A stretch of DNA of 64,000 nt, from the NCBI RefSeq assembly GCF_000150275.1, contig NW_002060948.1, forward strand, positions 2,472,180 to 2,536,179, read 5' to 3'. The translations under genes and the position numbers were made by a program. Positions 1 to 11,700 of the stretch are shown here, piece by piece. Within the stretch, counting starts at the first letter, position 1; the number at the start of each line of letters is the position of its first letter. The stretch is from Trichoplax adhaerens (lineage: Eukaryota; Animalia; Placozoa). Under the pieces are notes generated by a model, which saw nothing but the letters and a program-made list of their open reading frames with translations, was not told where the DNA came from and did not search any database.

Positions 1-1320
1 TGCTTGCACATCACTCTAAACTACTGTAGCTAACATGTACATCGCATAATATGGTCATTAGATCAATTCCGCAACACTGTAAAGTGTACCTATAATAGCA
101 GCTACAATAACTGAACCCCTTATTAGTCAATATTCAAAATTAACCGTTCTCTACCGTAGATCTATAAATAAGCGAAGGAATCTAAATTGTAAGACTGACG
201 TTTACGTAGTAGTGTAGCTTCAAGAACCAAATATTTCAACTTGCAGGACGTAGCACTAAAAACGTTTTCGAATCTATTCATTAATTATATGAACTATGTA
301 TTTAACAGTTGTTGGAAACGGTGTGAAAGATGCTGAATGTGTCTGAGTAACCACTGAGTTCTGCAGTATACGGGTTGTAAAAAATTTTACGTTCAATACA
401 GTAACGTGCTACTGTTAACGTATTAATAGACAAACTAGCCATATGCATTTAATCGTGGACATAGGAACATCAATGCAGCATCAATACTCGTTCTAACAAT
501 ACCGCTGCACCTTCGCCCACATAAACAGACGGCTGCGTTTACAGTACTCTCTAGAGTTTAGTGAGTCTTGCGACGCCGCAATCGTAATAAATCGAATATG
601 AAAATTTGCATCGATTCTCGTACTAAAATTACGAGATGCCTTACTTGTAAATTTAGTGAAAGAGTGACAAAGTCTCTTAGATTTTACGCACAATAGGGCC
701 TTGAAGCATGAGGTACTGACGACTACCTTGATCCGATATCTGTACTGCAACAGTGCACACGACAGCAAGAATAAAATCGAAATACTGTACTGTACATTCA
801 AGCGGATTACACGGCAGTAACTTTAGATGATACACCACCACGAAAAGACACAAAATTAGCATCTTCGTACTCTTTATTGACTACCAAGCCGGTTAACTTT
901 ACGTTAAATAGATCCAGGTTTTGTGTTACGATCAACGAGAGCGAAGTGGAAATGATGTTATGTGAGACTACTGTACTACTAGTACATGATGGCGAAATTC
1001 TTCACCGTTTCAAACGTATCTCCCGAAAAGTATCACAGAGTATAGACAACCTTAAGTTGATTTTAAATATTATATCATATCAATCCTCTTACCCTCCAGC
1101 TACGAAATGTACAACAGGCGAGACTTTCTTCTCCTTCAAGTTAGTCATTTTTGAGCGAAGAGGTATTGAATTTTTAATAATCGATGTTATACTGACTCAA
1201 CATGCAGCTCTAAAACATCAAGTGTCCAGTCACAAGAGAACAGTGCAACAGCTACCAAGAGTCACAAATGTGAGCAGGAGCAAGAGTAGATACACCTTTA
1301 TATATCAAATACTGTAGTAG

Positions 1321-1480
1321 TCACGTGGGTTCCAAGAAATTTTATTGGTTGCTAAGCCATTTCCCATGATACCTTTCGTTTCTTCATTATTATTGGCTAA
1401 AGTGCCCGGATGTGCACGCTGCGATGGAATGGTCATGCATTGACTGAAGGTTACTTGAAGCTATTCAGCCAATCAGGTGC
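1321..1480. promoter_or_regulatory. Promoter-like motif cluster (E-box, CCAAT boxes, ETS-like site, partial X-box)
   Basis: GTCACGTGG at ~1320-1328, ATTGG at 1344 and 1392, GTTGCTAAG at ~1348, CCGGATGT at 1406 and AGCCAATCAG at ~1467, all within 160 bp of locally higher GC. No target gene was identified. Confidence 0.45.
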
Positions 1481-1619
1481 ATGCATTGCCTACCCATAAT
1501 GCATCTGTGACATTACAGGTCCTTGGACTATATAGATAAAGGAAAAGAAAGAAAAGGTTAGAATTAGAATTAAATAACAAACTGTAATTGGTTAATACCA
1601 TAATTAAGTAACACGGCGG

Positions 1620-3320
1620 GTACAGTACGGTACGATACGTTACATTATCAACCAGAACCAGTACAGTACAGTACAGTACAGTGCTGTATCTCATTTCATA
1701 CTGTACAGTACTGTACTGTACACTGTACAGTATACTGTACAGTACAGTATAGTACTGTATAGTACAGTACAGTGCACTGTACGATGTACTGTACCGCACT
1801 GAACTGTGGGATACAAAGGTGAAAAAACAGGAGTAAAGTAAATATATTATTATACTATACTGTACAGTATATACATTATAAATGGAGTCATGTTGTTTTT
1901 CATTCCTTATGCAAAATAACAAAAGGCGATTTACCCGTGGAATTCTGGGTATTTTGTACTTGTTTTGGAATAACGTCAACATCATTTGTCTTAGTCATTG
2001 CTAATAGTCTAATACAGCTTCATTATTATGCACAATTACAGTATTATTATTATTATTGTTATCGTCCATACTTCTTTATTTGTATCAGATTTCGATCTGA
2101 TTGCTTTTTTTTTACAGGAATTGTTTACGATCAATTTTTTTCGGCAGTTTTTCTGACACTATGTGACTTCGATGTACTGTACAAACGCGTCAAACGATTT
2201 ACTACCCGTGATTTCTAAGAGAATTTCTCGAGTGTACGGTACTGTAAAATGTACAGTAGATGTGTTTAGAGTAGACATAGTTCTGCATAGGGTAACTTGC
2301 GCCACATTTAGTACTGCAGTCCCTGTTTGCGCCAAATAATTCAGTCATGGACTACTAGAAGAAGACCTGGTCTTTTTCTACTGTACAGAACTGTACACTG
2401 TACAGTACTGTACATCTTGTCATGAGCCTCGAGAAGAAAGCCTGGACAAAAAAACCCTCCCGCGCGGACAGGCGGATATTTCACCTACTGTACTGTACAG
2501 TACAGTACAGTGTAGTCAAAATACAGAACTGTACAGTACTATACTGTACTGTTCCGAACACTTGCAACCGTTATTATTTTAGTATGTACAGTACTGTACT
2601 GTACTGTAGGTACTAGATTCTGTAATTAGCTTATTTTTTCCGAATTATGAACAGTAATATTACATTGAATCCTATTTTTTAATTAAGTTTTACTTGAAAG
2701 TCTAATGTACTTGATCCGAAAGCAGTTATAGAAGATCATAAATGTTAATGAATTAGTACGAGTGATTTAGAAACAGATACAGAAGATCCATACTAACGGT
2801 AAGCGGATCAACTAAAGCAACTACTGTACAGTGTACAGTACAGTACTGTATGTCATACTGTATACTGTACACACTGTACAGTGTACAGTCAGGGACTTCT
2901 ACAGTACTGTAATACGAAAACTAACACTAGTATTTGTCTTAGAAGTCCTTGGTCTACTGTACTTTATTTTTGCATATTTTTGGCCACATCTTATCAGAAA
3001 AGTCCGTCCATCTGAGCAGACTTCCATTCATGCTCCGTTCGACTGCCAACCTCCACAGTTTTGCTCTGTTACCTTGTTTTCAACACCGTCTTCTCTTTTC
3101 CCCCTCAACAGTATTTTATCGGGAAGTCCCAGCTGGTCCATGGTACTTTACTGTATACCAACAGTAATAGACAGCCAATGACCACCACAGAACTACGATT
3201 ACTCACTAGTCTCTTCGTCTATTCCGAGGATACGAGTAACAAGTACAGTATATCTGACTTGACACGCAGTACTCGTAGTACACACGGTATTGTACAGTAA
3301 CATATACAACGTACTGTATA
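1620..3320. repeat. Clustered imperfect (CAGTA)n/(TACTG)n self-complementary simple repeats
   Basis: Dense tracts at 1660-1800 (cagtacagtacagtacagtacagt...tactgtacagtactgtactgta), 2380-2615 and 2821-2910. Both orientations are interleaved and form TACTGTACAGTA palindromes. Confidence 0.9.
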
Positions 3321-5368
3321 CGGCATATGTCTCTTAAAATGGTGACAGCTCCTGGTACGCATTGCAATACGCATATTCTACTATTTTTACGGAGGCTGTA
3401 ATCACCAAAATCAAGCCTGAAATGAGCGCTAGTATTAGCTCATCTAATTTTGATCGAATTTCAGGAAATCAAGTCTGTGTTGAAATACGAGCATACGAGC
3501 TCGTATTTTCTGTCCGTAAATATGCATCATTCAAAGCTGTTGTTTTAGAACGGATGTCAGTGGTTTAAAAACTAACTGTGAAATAGCGATTTTGCTATTG
3601 AATCTTACTTTTAAAAGGTGCTACTCACAGCGACTATTTCTTGAAGGGTGACTAGCATTCATTTATTTATTAATTCGCTTAGTATACGATATTAACGATA
3701 TTAAGAATGATATGCGTTCGGATATACTCGTATTCGTATTAATGTTATTACTATTATAATTGCAATTAGTCTGCGCTATGGTCGCAGAAATCCTTTGCTG
3801 TTCCATCAGTCCGTATTTGCTAATCACATTAAAAAATATACCGTTCCTATCAATTTTAGCGCATTAATTCATGACTCGATAACATTAGAACTGAATCGGT
3901 TACTACGACTGTTATTCTTGATGATTACATATTACTACGTGATTAACTATAGTATAATATGGAAATATAGTACTGGTTTTCAATTTTTCGTATCTAACGC
4001 ATTTCATAAGTTGTTTCATTAGTTATGTTGATAATATACTGTATATGATGCTCGTATAAACCATGATTTCTCGTAGTCGAAATCTTAATGCCTTCTTTTC
4101 TGATAAGTTATGCTAAATTGCGGGTGAATTCGATGTATCATAATATTATTGATAGCTACATCAAGATCGCAAACTTAGCTGATATACTATCTTGGGCGTC
4201 TAAATAGGATACAAATCATACCTATGTGTATCTCCCATGATCATAGACAGCAGTCGTGCGAAATCCAATCACTAAACTATACAAATTTATTAATTCTGTT
4301 AAAAAGACTTTGCTTAATGATTTAATCCAACTTATATTCAATAATACCACAACTCTATAAAGTGTTTGGTCGATCTTTGGTGATGAGGAGTAATACAGTG
4401 CTATGGTTTATTCATTCTAAGTACTGCTGACATAGCCCAATTACTTTCTCTTGTACAGGAATCCAGCCCAGATCCGAAATATTTGTTTGTAATTAGTACA
4501 AGTGAATATTTTATGGGCCGGCATTCTTAACCACTTATTACAGTGTACTGATTTTTTAATTATTCTTTGCTGTTGTTAAAGAAAGCAACATCTTACCCGT
4601 CAACCATTTAGTATAACCATTGCATTACACGCAGGAAAATTACCTACTAGTGCTTTAATAACTTGGTATATTTTTTATACACTCATCTCATAACAGTCAG
4701 ATAGGCTAGTTTGCTCTCATTTAGTAAATTTTTGTCAACTATTCAATGTAGTATAAGCATGTAATCCTACTGGAATTTATTAAATCTGATGGTTATAAAC
4801 TAAGTCTAGAAAAATTATTTGATTGAGTAATTTTATGCAAAGTTGATAAAAGTGTACTAAGATGTTATTTATGTACATCATTAACAAATAGCTCGAGTTC
4901 TTTATTAAGAAATCACTGTCTAAAAATGTCGTTAAAATTTCTTCGTAATCATCTACTCATTCCTGAGTATAGGCTACTAACAGTCGCAATAACCACATCT
5001 ATTGCTTAAAATCACAATTCAAGATGAATCTAAAGCGATAACATGATCATAAATATTTATGAATATTAACTGCTTTCTAATCTATTATAATTATAGATAC
5101 TGTATGTACACGTATCAGCGCAGAATTATGCAGAAACTACTTTTGATAAAATCAATTGCAACAACTGCTAGTGAATTTGCACCGTTGACTTTCATGACAA
5201 TTTTTATACAAAACAGGGTTGATATTAAATGTTAAGCGTAACCTATAATGGTACATCCATTTATATAATTTGCTTTACAATTTAAATTATAATACAACAT
5301 ATTTTTTGCAATGACATAGATTAAATATTATCTTTGATTTTCATAAATTCTACCAGATACAGATCTTT

Positions 5369-8300
5369 TCAATCGAATTTGTATGTTTCTAGACGATTAT
5401 AAGTGAGTTTAAGATTTGATAACTTGCCTTTGTGCACAGGTGTCGTCATTTTTATTTCATTTTTTCCTTTATTGTATCGATTTGCAATTAAAATTATGAT
5501 AAAAATTATCAATGAGCTAAGAATTAAAACTATCACTGGTGGGTAAATTGACTCCCACAAATCTTTATTCTTAATACTAAACCAATGAACTTTATCCTCT
5601 GAATCCGTTAGGTTATCACTACCTTCTTTTCCACCTGAATTTTTGTGTATGAAGTAATACTTTAAATTACTTGCGAATCTTTGAGAATTAGAATAAACTT
5701 GGGCAGTTACAATATTTTCAGTAACTGAAGGAGGACAATAGTTATAATAGTATAATGTATTTAGGATTTGTTGATAAGTGCTCACTGATGCTACTCCACT
5801 TAAAATTATATTTCCTTTGTCTTCTAATACAGTCAAGCCAACGTTCGTAGCAAGGACTTTATCAATTTTAATAAAGGCACACCGATGATTTCGATGCAAT
5901 AACTGAATTATAGCTTTATCTAGATGACTACGCTTGCAAATATGATGATAATTTATGCGAGAATACTTCATTAGCGCAATATTTTTATCATCCATTCTCA
6001 TGATTAAGTGATCATTACCAGTAATAGTTATATTTGGTTCCAGGGCTAAACTTTTAGCAATTCTGATTACATGCTTGATAGATATGATATCACGATTGTG
6101 ATTGATTCCAATTCGGATATCGACAATACGATTTCCAAATTCCGGATGGGAAAATTGATTATAATATGTAATCCCTTGGACAATGGCAGCTAAATCGTTG
6201 TTGTTGTTAATTGCCGGATAGGTGAAAATATGTCGATCAGGATGTAAGAATGATAACCTAGACCGATCTTCATGATTCAGTTTAATGTATATGCCTTCTT
6301 TGCACTGCGGTACGCAGTAATCCATTTTAAATTTTGGGAAAATATTAAAAGCTATACTGACATCAGCAATAATACCTTGAAATGATTGTCTAGCATCCAT
6401 ATGGCCGATAGTTACAGCAAACGGGGTATCTACTTTATCGTAATGACGATTAATATAAGCGTACATTGAATGTAACGTTTCACCATTTACCATCATTTTT
6501 GTATATCTCGATTTTACATTTGTAACTAATAGAATCTGATACCAAAGATTACTTTGAACGATGAAATTAGGGAAATAAATTGTAGTAATTTTTGCTTTAG
6601 TCTTACTCTCGCCAAGATCGAGCTGGAATCTTGAATCAACGATCTTTAACTTAATAAAGGTATCTGATGTTGGACTTTGGTTTAGTGTAACTAGAATCTG
6701 CATTCTTTTACTGCTATTGAGCTTTATTCGTGATGCAAATGTATAATTATCAGTACCAATTCCGTCTTGAATTATACCTGAACAAATCAATTATAAAATA
6801 CTGTATTATTAAAAACTAGTATCAAACGATAGCTATGATGGTTAGTGTATCGAAAGAAAACCTTCCACAGTTACTACGCCCAAATTCAATCAAAAAGACT
6901 ACAAAAGCGTATCATTTACAGATAATAAAACACTACAAATAGGACCTTTACGAATCAGAAATCCTAATTTGACAATGATGCTGTCATTAAATGCATCAAA
7001 CCTTTAGGAACAGCAATAACGCTCTTTTGGTCCATTGTATAAGCAGCACGATACGCATTTGAAATGGAATTTGGAATTTTAAGGATATTGCCTTTAGACC
7101 AAGCAGGAAGTCTGCTATCGTCGAATAAATCGTAAAAGAATTTTTTTCCTACACAGCGATGATATTCAAAAATCTGGCTATGTGCTGCTCTATAGCATGC
7201 TGAAGAAATTTTTTGAATTAAAAAATTAACAAAGCAAATTGCTGTAAGCAGTATTCATTAAATGCAGTAAAATCTAATAAAATTTAAATTAAAGTTACCT
7301 TCAACACCCCTTTTATCTACCGATAAATCAACTGTTATATTAACGGAATGGATATTCTGGTTTTTTAAGTTAGTAGCCCGAATATTACCAATGGTTGTCG
7401 GACTTTGACAGGGATTAAAAATTGTTTCTGTTCGTGCGAACTTTATAGACGGTACCGTTGCAAACTGATTGATGACAGTTATTACGGTTTTGGTATTTAT
7501 TGTACTGACACCTCGGCAGTCATAAGCGACGACCTCGAAAGAGTACTTGCCAATACGCTCGGACAATTTTCCTATGATACTTAAATAGCCTATCCAAACG
7601 CATCAAAAATGAACAGAAAATATATATGAGAAATATCACGTTTATATGAATGTTTAGCACATAACCATGATACATAAGTTATTTTTCTTTTGAAATTGTA
7701 AGTAAAATACTAATACTGATACCAATAAACTAGAGAATTGTCTGTACTTAACATCATATCGATGTTGCAACCATAATATATTCTTAAGTAACTGTAGAGT
7801 GATATTATCCTAGCTCAACTTGTCACGTTATCAAGTATATTTAACTTACCTTGATTTGAAACCTGAAAAAGATTTCGAAAGGCTTTATCTGCGATGGCAT
7901 AGTTGCTTATTATACATATATCAGAGCCGCATGATTTGGGTTCTGCAGGTATCTTCAAAATATCCAGGTTAGAGCGTCCCTTTCTAGCAACTACGGTCAG
8001 TGATCGATTAACCATTTTCGGAAAGCTATCTTCGTTAAGTAACACATTAACTTGTACTGTAATTCTTTTGCTTGTTTGATTTGGAGTTGTACTATGCAAC
8101 GCGATTGCATGAAAAATGTATACCCCATCATTGTCACAAGTTATGCTTCGAGTTGAAACAACCTTAAATTCTGTTTATACAATTATAACATGATTAATTG
8201 TAATTTAATAAGCATTCAGCGCGTCAACTATATCATAGTTTAATTGAATTAATTATTAATAACTGTAAAATTAGACCATCTAGATTGTTCTAAATTAAAA

Positions 8301-8747
8301 CCTTTGAAGTAATTATTATGATAACAGTGAAGTAATTAATGTCATTGCATAAATATCAAATGCCCTATACTGCACCTCGTGCATAAGAATAGCTATTATC
8401 GACATCATCGATGGCATAAACTTCATCTGTAGGCATAATTTTAAATGGAATATTGCCACCATCCAAAATTTGAACCTCAAGCCCACCGTCTCTTTGTTGA
8501 TTGAGACCTTTATATTTAACAATTAAATTGGGCTCGACGATAGCTTCGCTATTAGACTTTAAATATTTGGAGTAGGTTAAAACGTAAGCTTCTGAAGTGA
8601 ATTCTGGTGCCATTCCCTCATTCATTTGGGAAATTTCATCTGTATATTCTGCCAAGCTCATGCCATACTGTAAATTGCCTATTAGTGAGAAAATAAAAGC
8701 ATGAGTGCCATCACAGCTCTATTGAAAATATTGAATTTTATAACCAT
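5369..8747 (-). CDS. CLSTN: Calsyntenin-like type I membrane protein (2 cadherin-like repeats, LamG-like domain, TM, short tail)
   Basis: Phase-consistent exons: 8747 or 8661-8376, 8170-7850, 7589-7299, 7199-7002, 6777-5369 (834 aa from Met 8661). Motifs: APEFTSEAY, GYLSIIGKL..YSFEVVAYDC, LamG-like NLWYQILLV...TIG...SFQGIIADV, CVPQCKEGI, LSGVASVSTYQQILNTLYY, TM PVIVLILSSLIIFIIILIA, tail LKLTYNRLETY (cf. CLSTN1 LTITVNPMETY). The 5' end is ambiguous (see findings). Confidence 0.8.
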
Positions 8748-11700
8748 AAAGTTCAAAATATAGATTTATGTTAGTTCTGATGGCTATAAAATTGTTGTAA
8801 ATCTATTAATTCCTCAAAGAAGATACTGCAAAATTGTAAAAAGGCGGCTTGATTTTATCGTAAAATTACAGATAGACTCACAACACCATCATACGCTGGG
8901 ATATTCTGCATGAATTTACAGTTAATGATGCATTCAAGGTAGCGGCTGGTTAAGTAAGGTAACTTAGCGAGCTTGAGAAACAATATTAGTGGAAATTTAT
9001 GGCAAATTTCGCTAACGCTTCAATTACGTGTTGAGAAATTTGTCACTAAGTCCAATAATTAATTAGTCCTTTCATCATATTATTATGATTTACAACAAAT
9101 TTCTGATCTACCATATCATAGAAACTATAAAATACATATATTCGCATTTATTTCGTTACCCAGCCGCTAGAAAACATTCGCTAGTACCAAGAGTTGATCT
9201 ACAAGTACATAAATACTAAATACAGTAGGTCTCTTTTTTCAAAATGTCACCAATATTGACTGTCTGTCAAACCATAATTAACTGAGGGTAGAGTAGTTTC
9301 GTAATAGTCTCATGAATTGACTAATGCATACGATTTTATATAGGTAAAATAAATCGAGAAAATTAGTCATGTAATGCAGCATCAGTAACGTACCGTATAC
9401 GAGATCTACCACGACATTTAACACTTTTTATCGATATATTAAAAGTTAAAAATTATGGTTTACACCTTTAAATAGTTCAATGCTATATTTTGCTAAAGAG
9501 TACATGAATCTACCAGAATGGCGTCTACGAGCGGCTAACTTGTTAATTTATTAAGGCTAAATCAACAACGCAGCGACCGATAGGCATGTAGTGCTTAAAT
9601 CGCCTCAAATTAGTTTTTACCGTAAACTTTTGATCGTAAATTTTATCGTTATTGATAAGATAATTTATATTATTTATCAAAATCACTGGCCATACTTAAA
9701 ATCTAATTATCCAAATTAGAAAGGATTGTAATATAATGACGATAGGTATAATAAATTATTCTGATAAAGTTTCTTGGCGTGTTAAACTTCATTGTAATCA
9801 CGATTAGTTATATAAGTAAATTTTAATTGCTGTTATATTACAGATACTAGTAGTATTTAACTTCAAACTCAAGTTGCTTCTACTTCAAATTATTTACCGA
9901 TAATGGCTAACATGCAGAGCATTGATAAGTGACAGCAGGAGAATTCCATTTTCTTGACTGGTAGCCACATTGCTACAATCTCGTGATAGGCTTTAAAGTT
10001 TTAACTTGAACTACTTTATGAAACCACTTCTAGCTGTTTTACGATTACGTAGAAAAACAGTTATTGTTTAAGGAATTACGATTAGGATGATTAAAGTAGC
10101 TTTAACAGAATTAGGAGCTATCCTTATTGGTTTATAGTGAATTAATAAAATTGAATATCTCTGCTGAATAGAATGCCTAGAAAACAATGTATTCAGTATT
10201 GCCTTAGGGAATTAATGCTTTAATTCAGTACTTCTATGCTGTTCATAGAATTCGCGACATTTTGTTTAAATAATGTCGACAATTTAAAGACTAATTACAA
10301 AAAGTCTTTTCACTAAGAATTACAAAGGATCATGAAATATTCGTTGTAAAGTTGGCGACAATGTTATATTCTAACATTGTGTAAAATACTGATGATTACA
10401 GTATAATTAATCAATTATTCATATATTTTATCTCTTCTGCATATATACATGTGACATGAACCTACAGATTTATTGCATAGACTAAATTGGCAACAGCATT
10501 TAAATTGACGATCAATACATCTGGCGTAAAAATTTTTAAGTATCCAAGAAGTCTACACGTAAAAAAAGCTACGAAAAATATCAATTTTAATTACGGAATA
10601 CTAGGGCATTAAATTGATGTTATCTGATGAGTAAAAGTGAAATACGTGACAGCCATAAAATTTATATAATTTATCCATTGCTAAATCATCAACGGCGTCA
10701 TAATAGTTTATTTTTGTACATACTTCACAATGGATTGGCAGCATTCATTCTTCATTGAGTCGTAACCGATGATAAAGTACAGAAGAGTTTTGACTTCCAT
10801 TTAGTAAATAATCCAATAAATTATCTACGTTATAAAGGAAGTAAGGTTTTATCAGATAGCGAGATTCTTTCCGACTGTTCTAGAGATGAATCTCAATAGG
10901 CATATGACACTAACTCAAGCAATTTAAAGGAGTATTTAAATTGCACACTATTTAATTTGGTTTCTGTAAAATACGAGGGATCGATCAGTCTAGACGAACT
11001 AATGATAATAATGAATTAGCTTCTACTACTATAGTACGTATAGGGAAGGGCTAGTTCATAGCGTACCATTTAACCAGTAAGTGCAGAGTAGAATTGAATA
11101 TTTTGCAGCATTAAGGACATTTAAATTCACACCTAAAGAGATTACGTTAATTTTTTTTATGATATTAGAAACACCGCTAATGGTTGATAGCGGTATCGAT
11201 CTACTCTCAAGAGTAATTTTACTGCAAGACGGTGACGCCACAACATTAAATTACCATTCCAATTCTAACTTAATTTTTGCTATAAATAGCTCAAGTAATC
11301 CTAGACCACCGTGCGATTATACAAAATAGAGTTTATTTCGATATTTCCTCAAGTTTACTCCTATAGTTATACGTATAGTTTAATCTATTATTATGCAGTA
11401 CTATCCCTACTACAATAAATAATGATTCAGCAACCTGTTTATCATTTTGTATATTTATCGTATCTATGTACGCCAAAACATCAATGCTACTTTTGTGGAC
11501 AATATCTTATCAAAATGATTTCTTAAAGCACGATAAATTATGAATTATTATTCTACTTCACTGCTGGTCAATTGTTTATTTCAGTGTTACTACTAGTAGC
11601 TTAAGCGTCTACTTAAACCAGTTCAGTAACAACATGTTTGCTTCTATTGCCTTTTATATCAGTTGTTAATCTATATACTACAAATATGTGTAATTTTATA

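Noticed and set aside
493-1317. ORFs 493-801, 677-862 and 877-1317
   Set aside because: No recognisable domain, a non-ATG start for 877-1317, and no consistent exon chain.
1473-1985. 170-aa minus-strand ORF, and similar ORFs at 2422, 2831 and 41681
   Set aside because: The YSTVQ/YCTVL periodicity is simply translation of the TACAG repeats, with no protein-like features.
11081-11329. 82-aa ORF between calsyntenin and ATP13A
   Set aside because: GTG start, no motif and no supporting splice structure.
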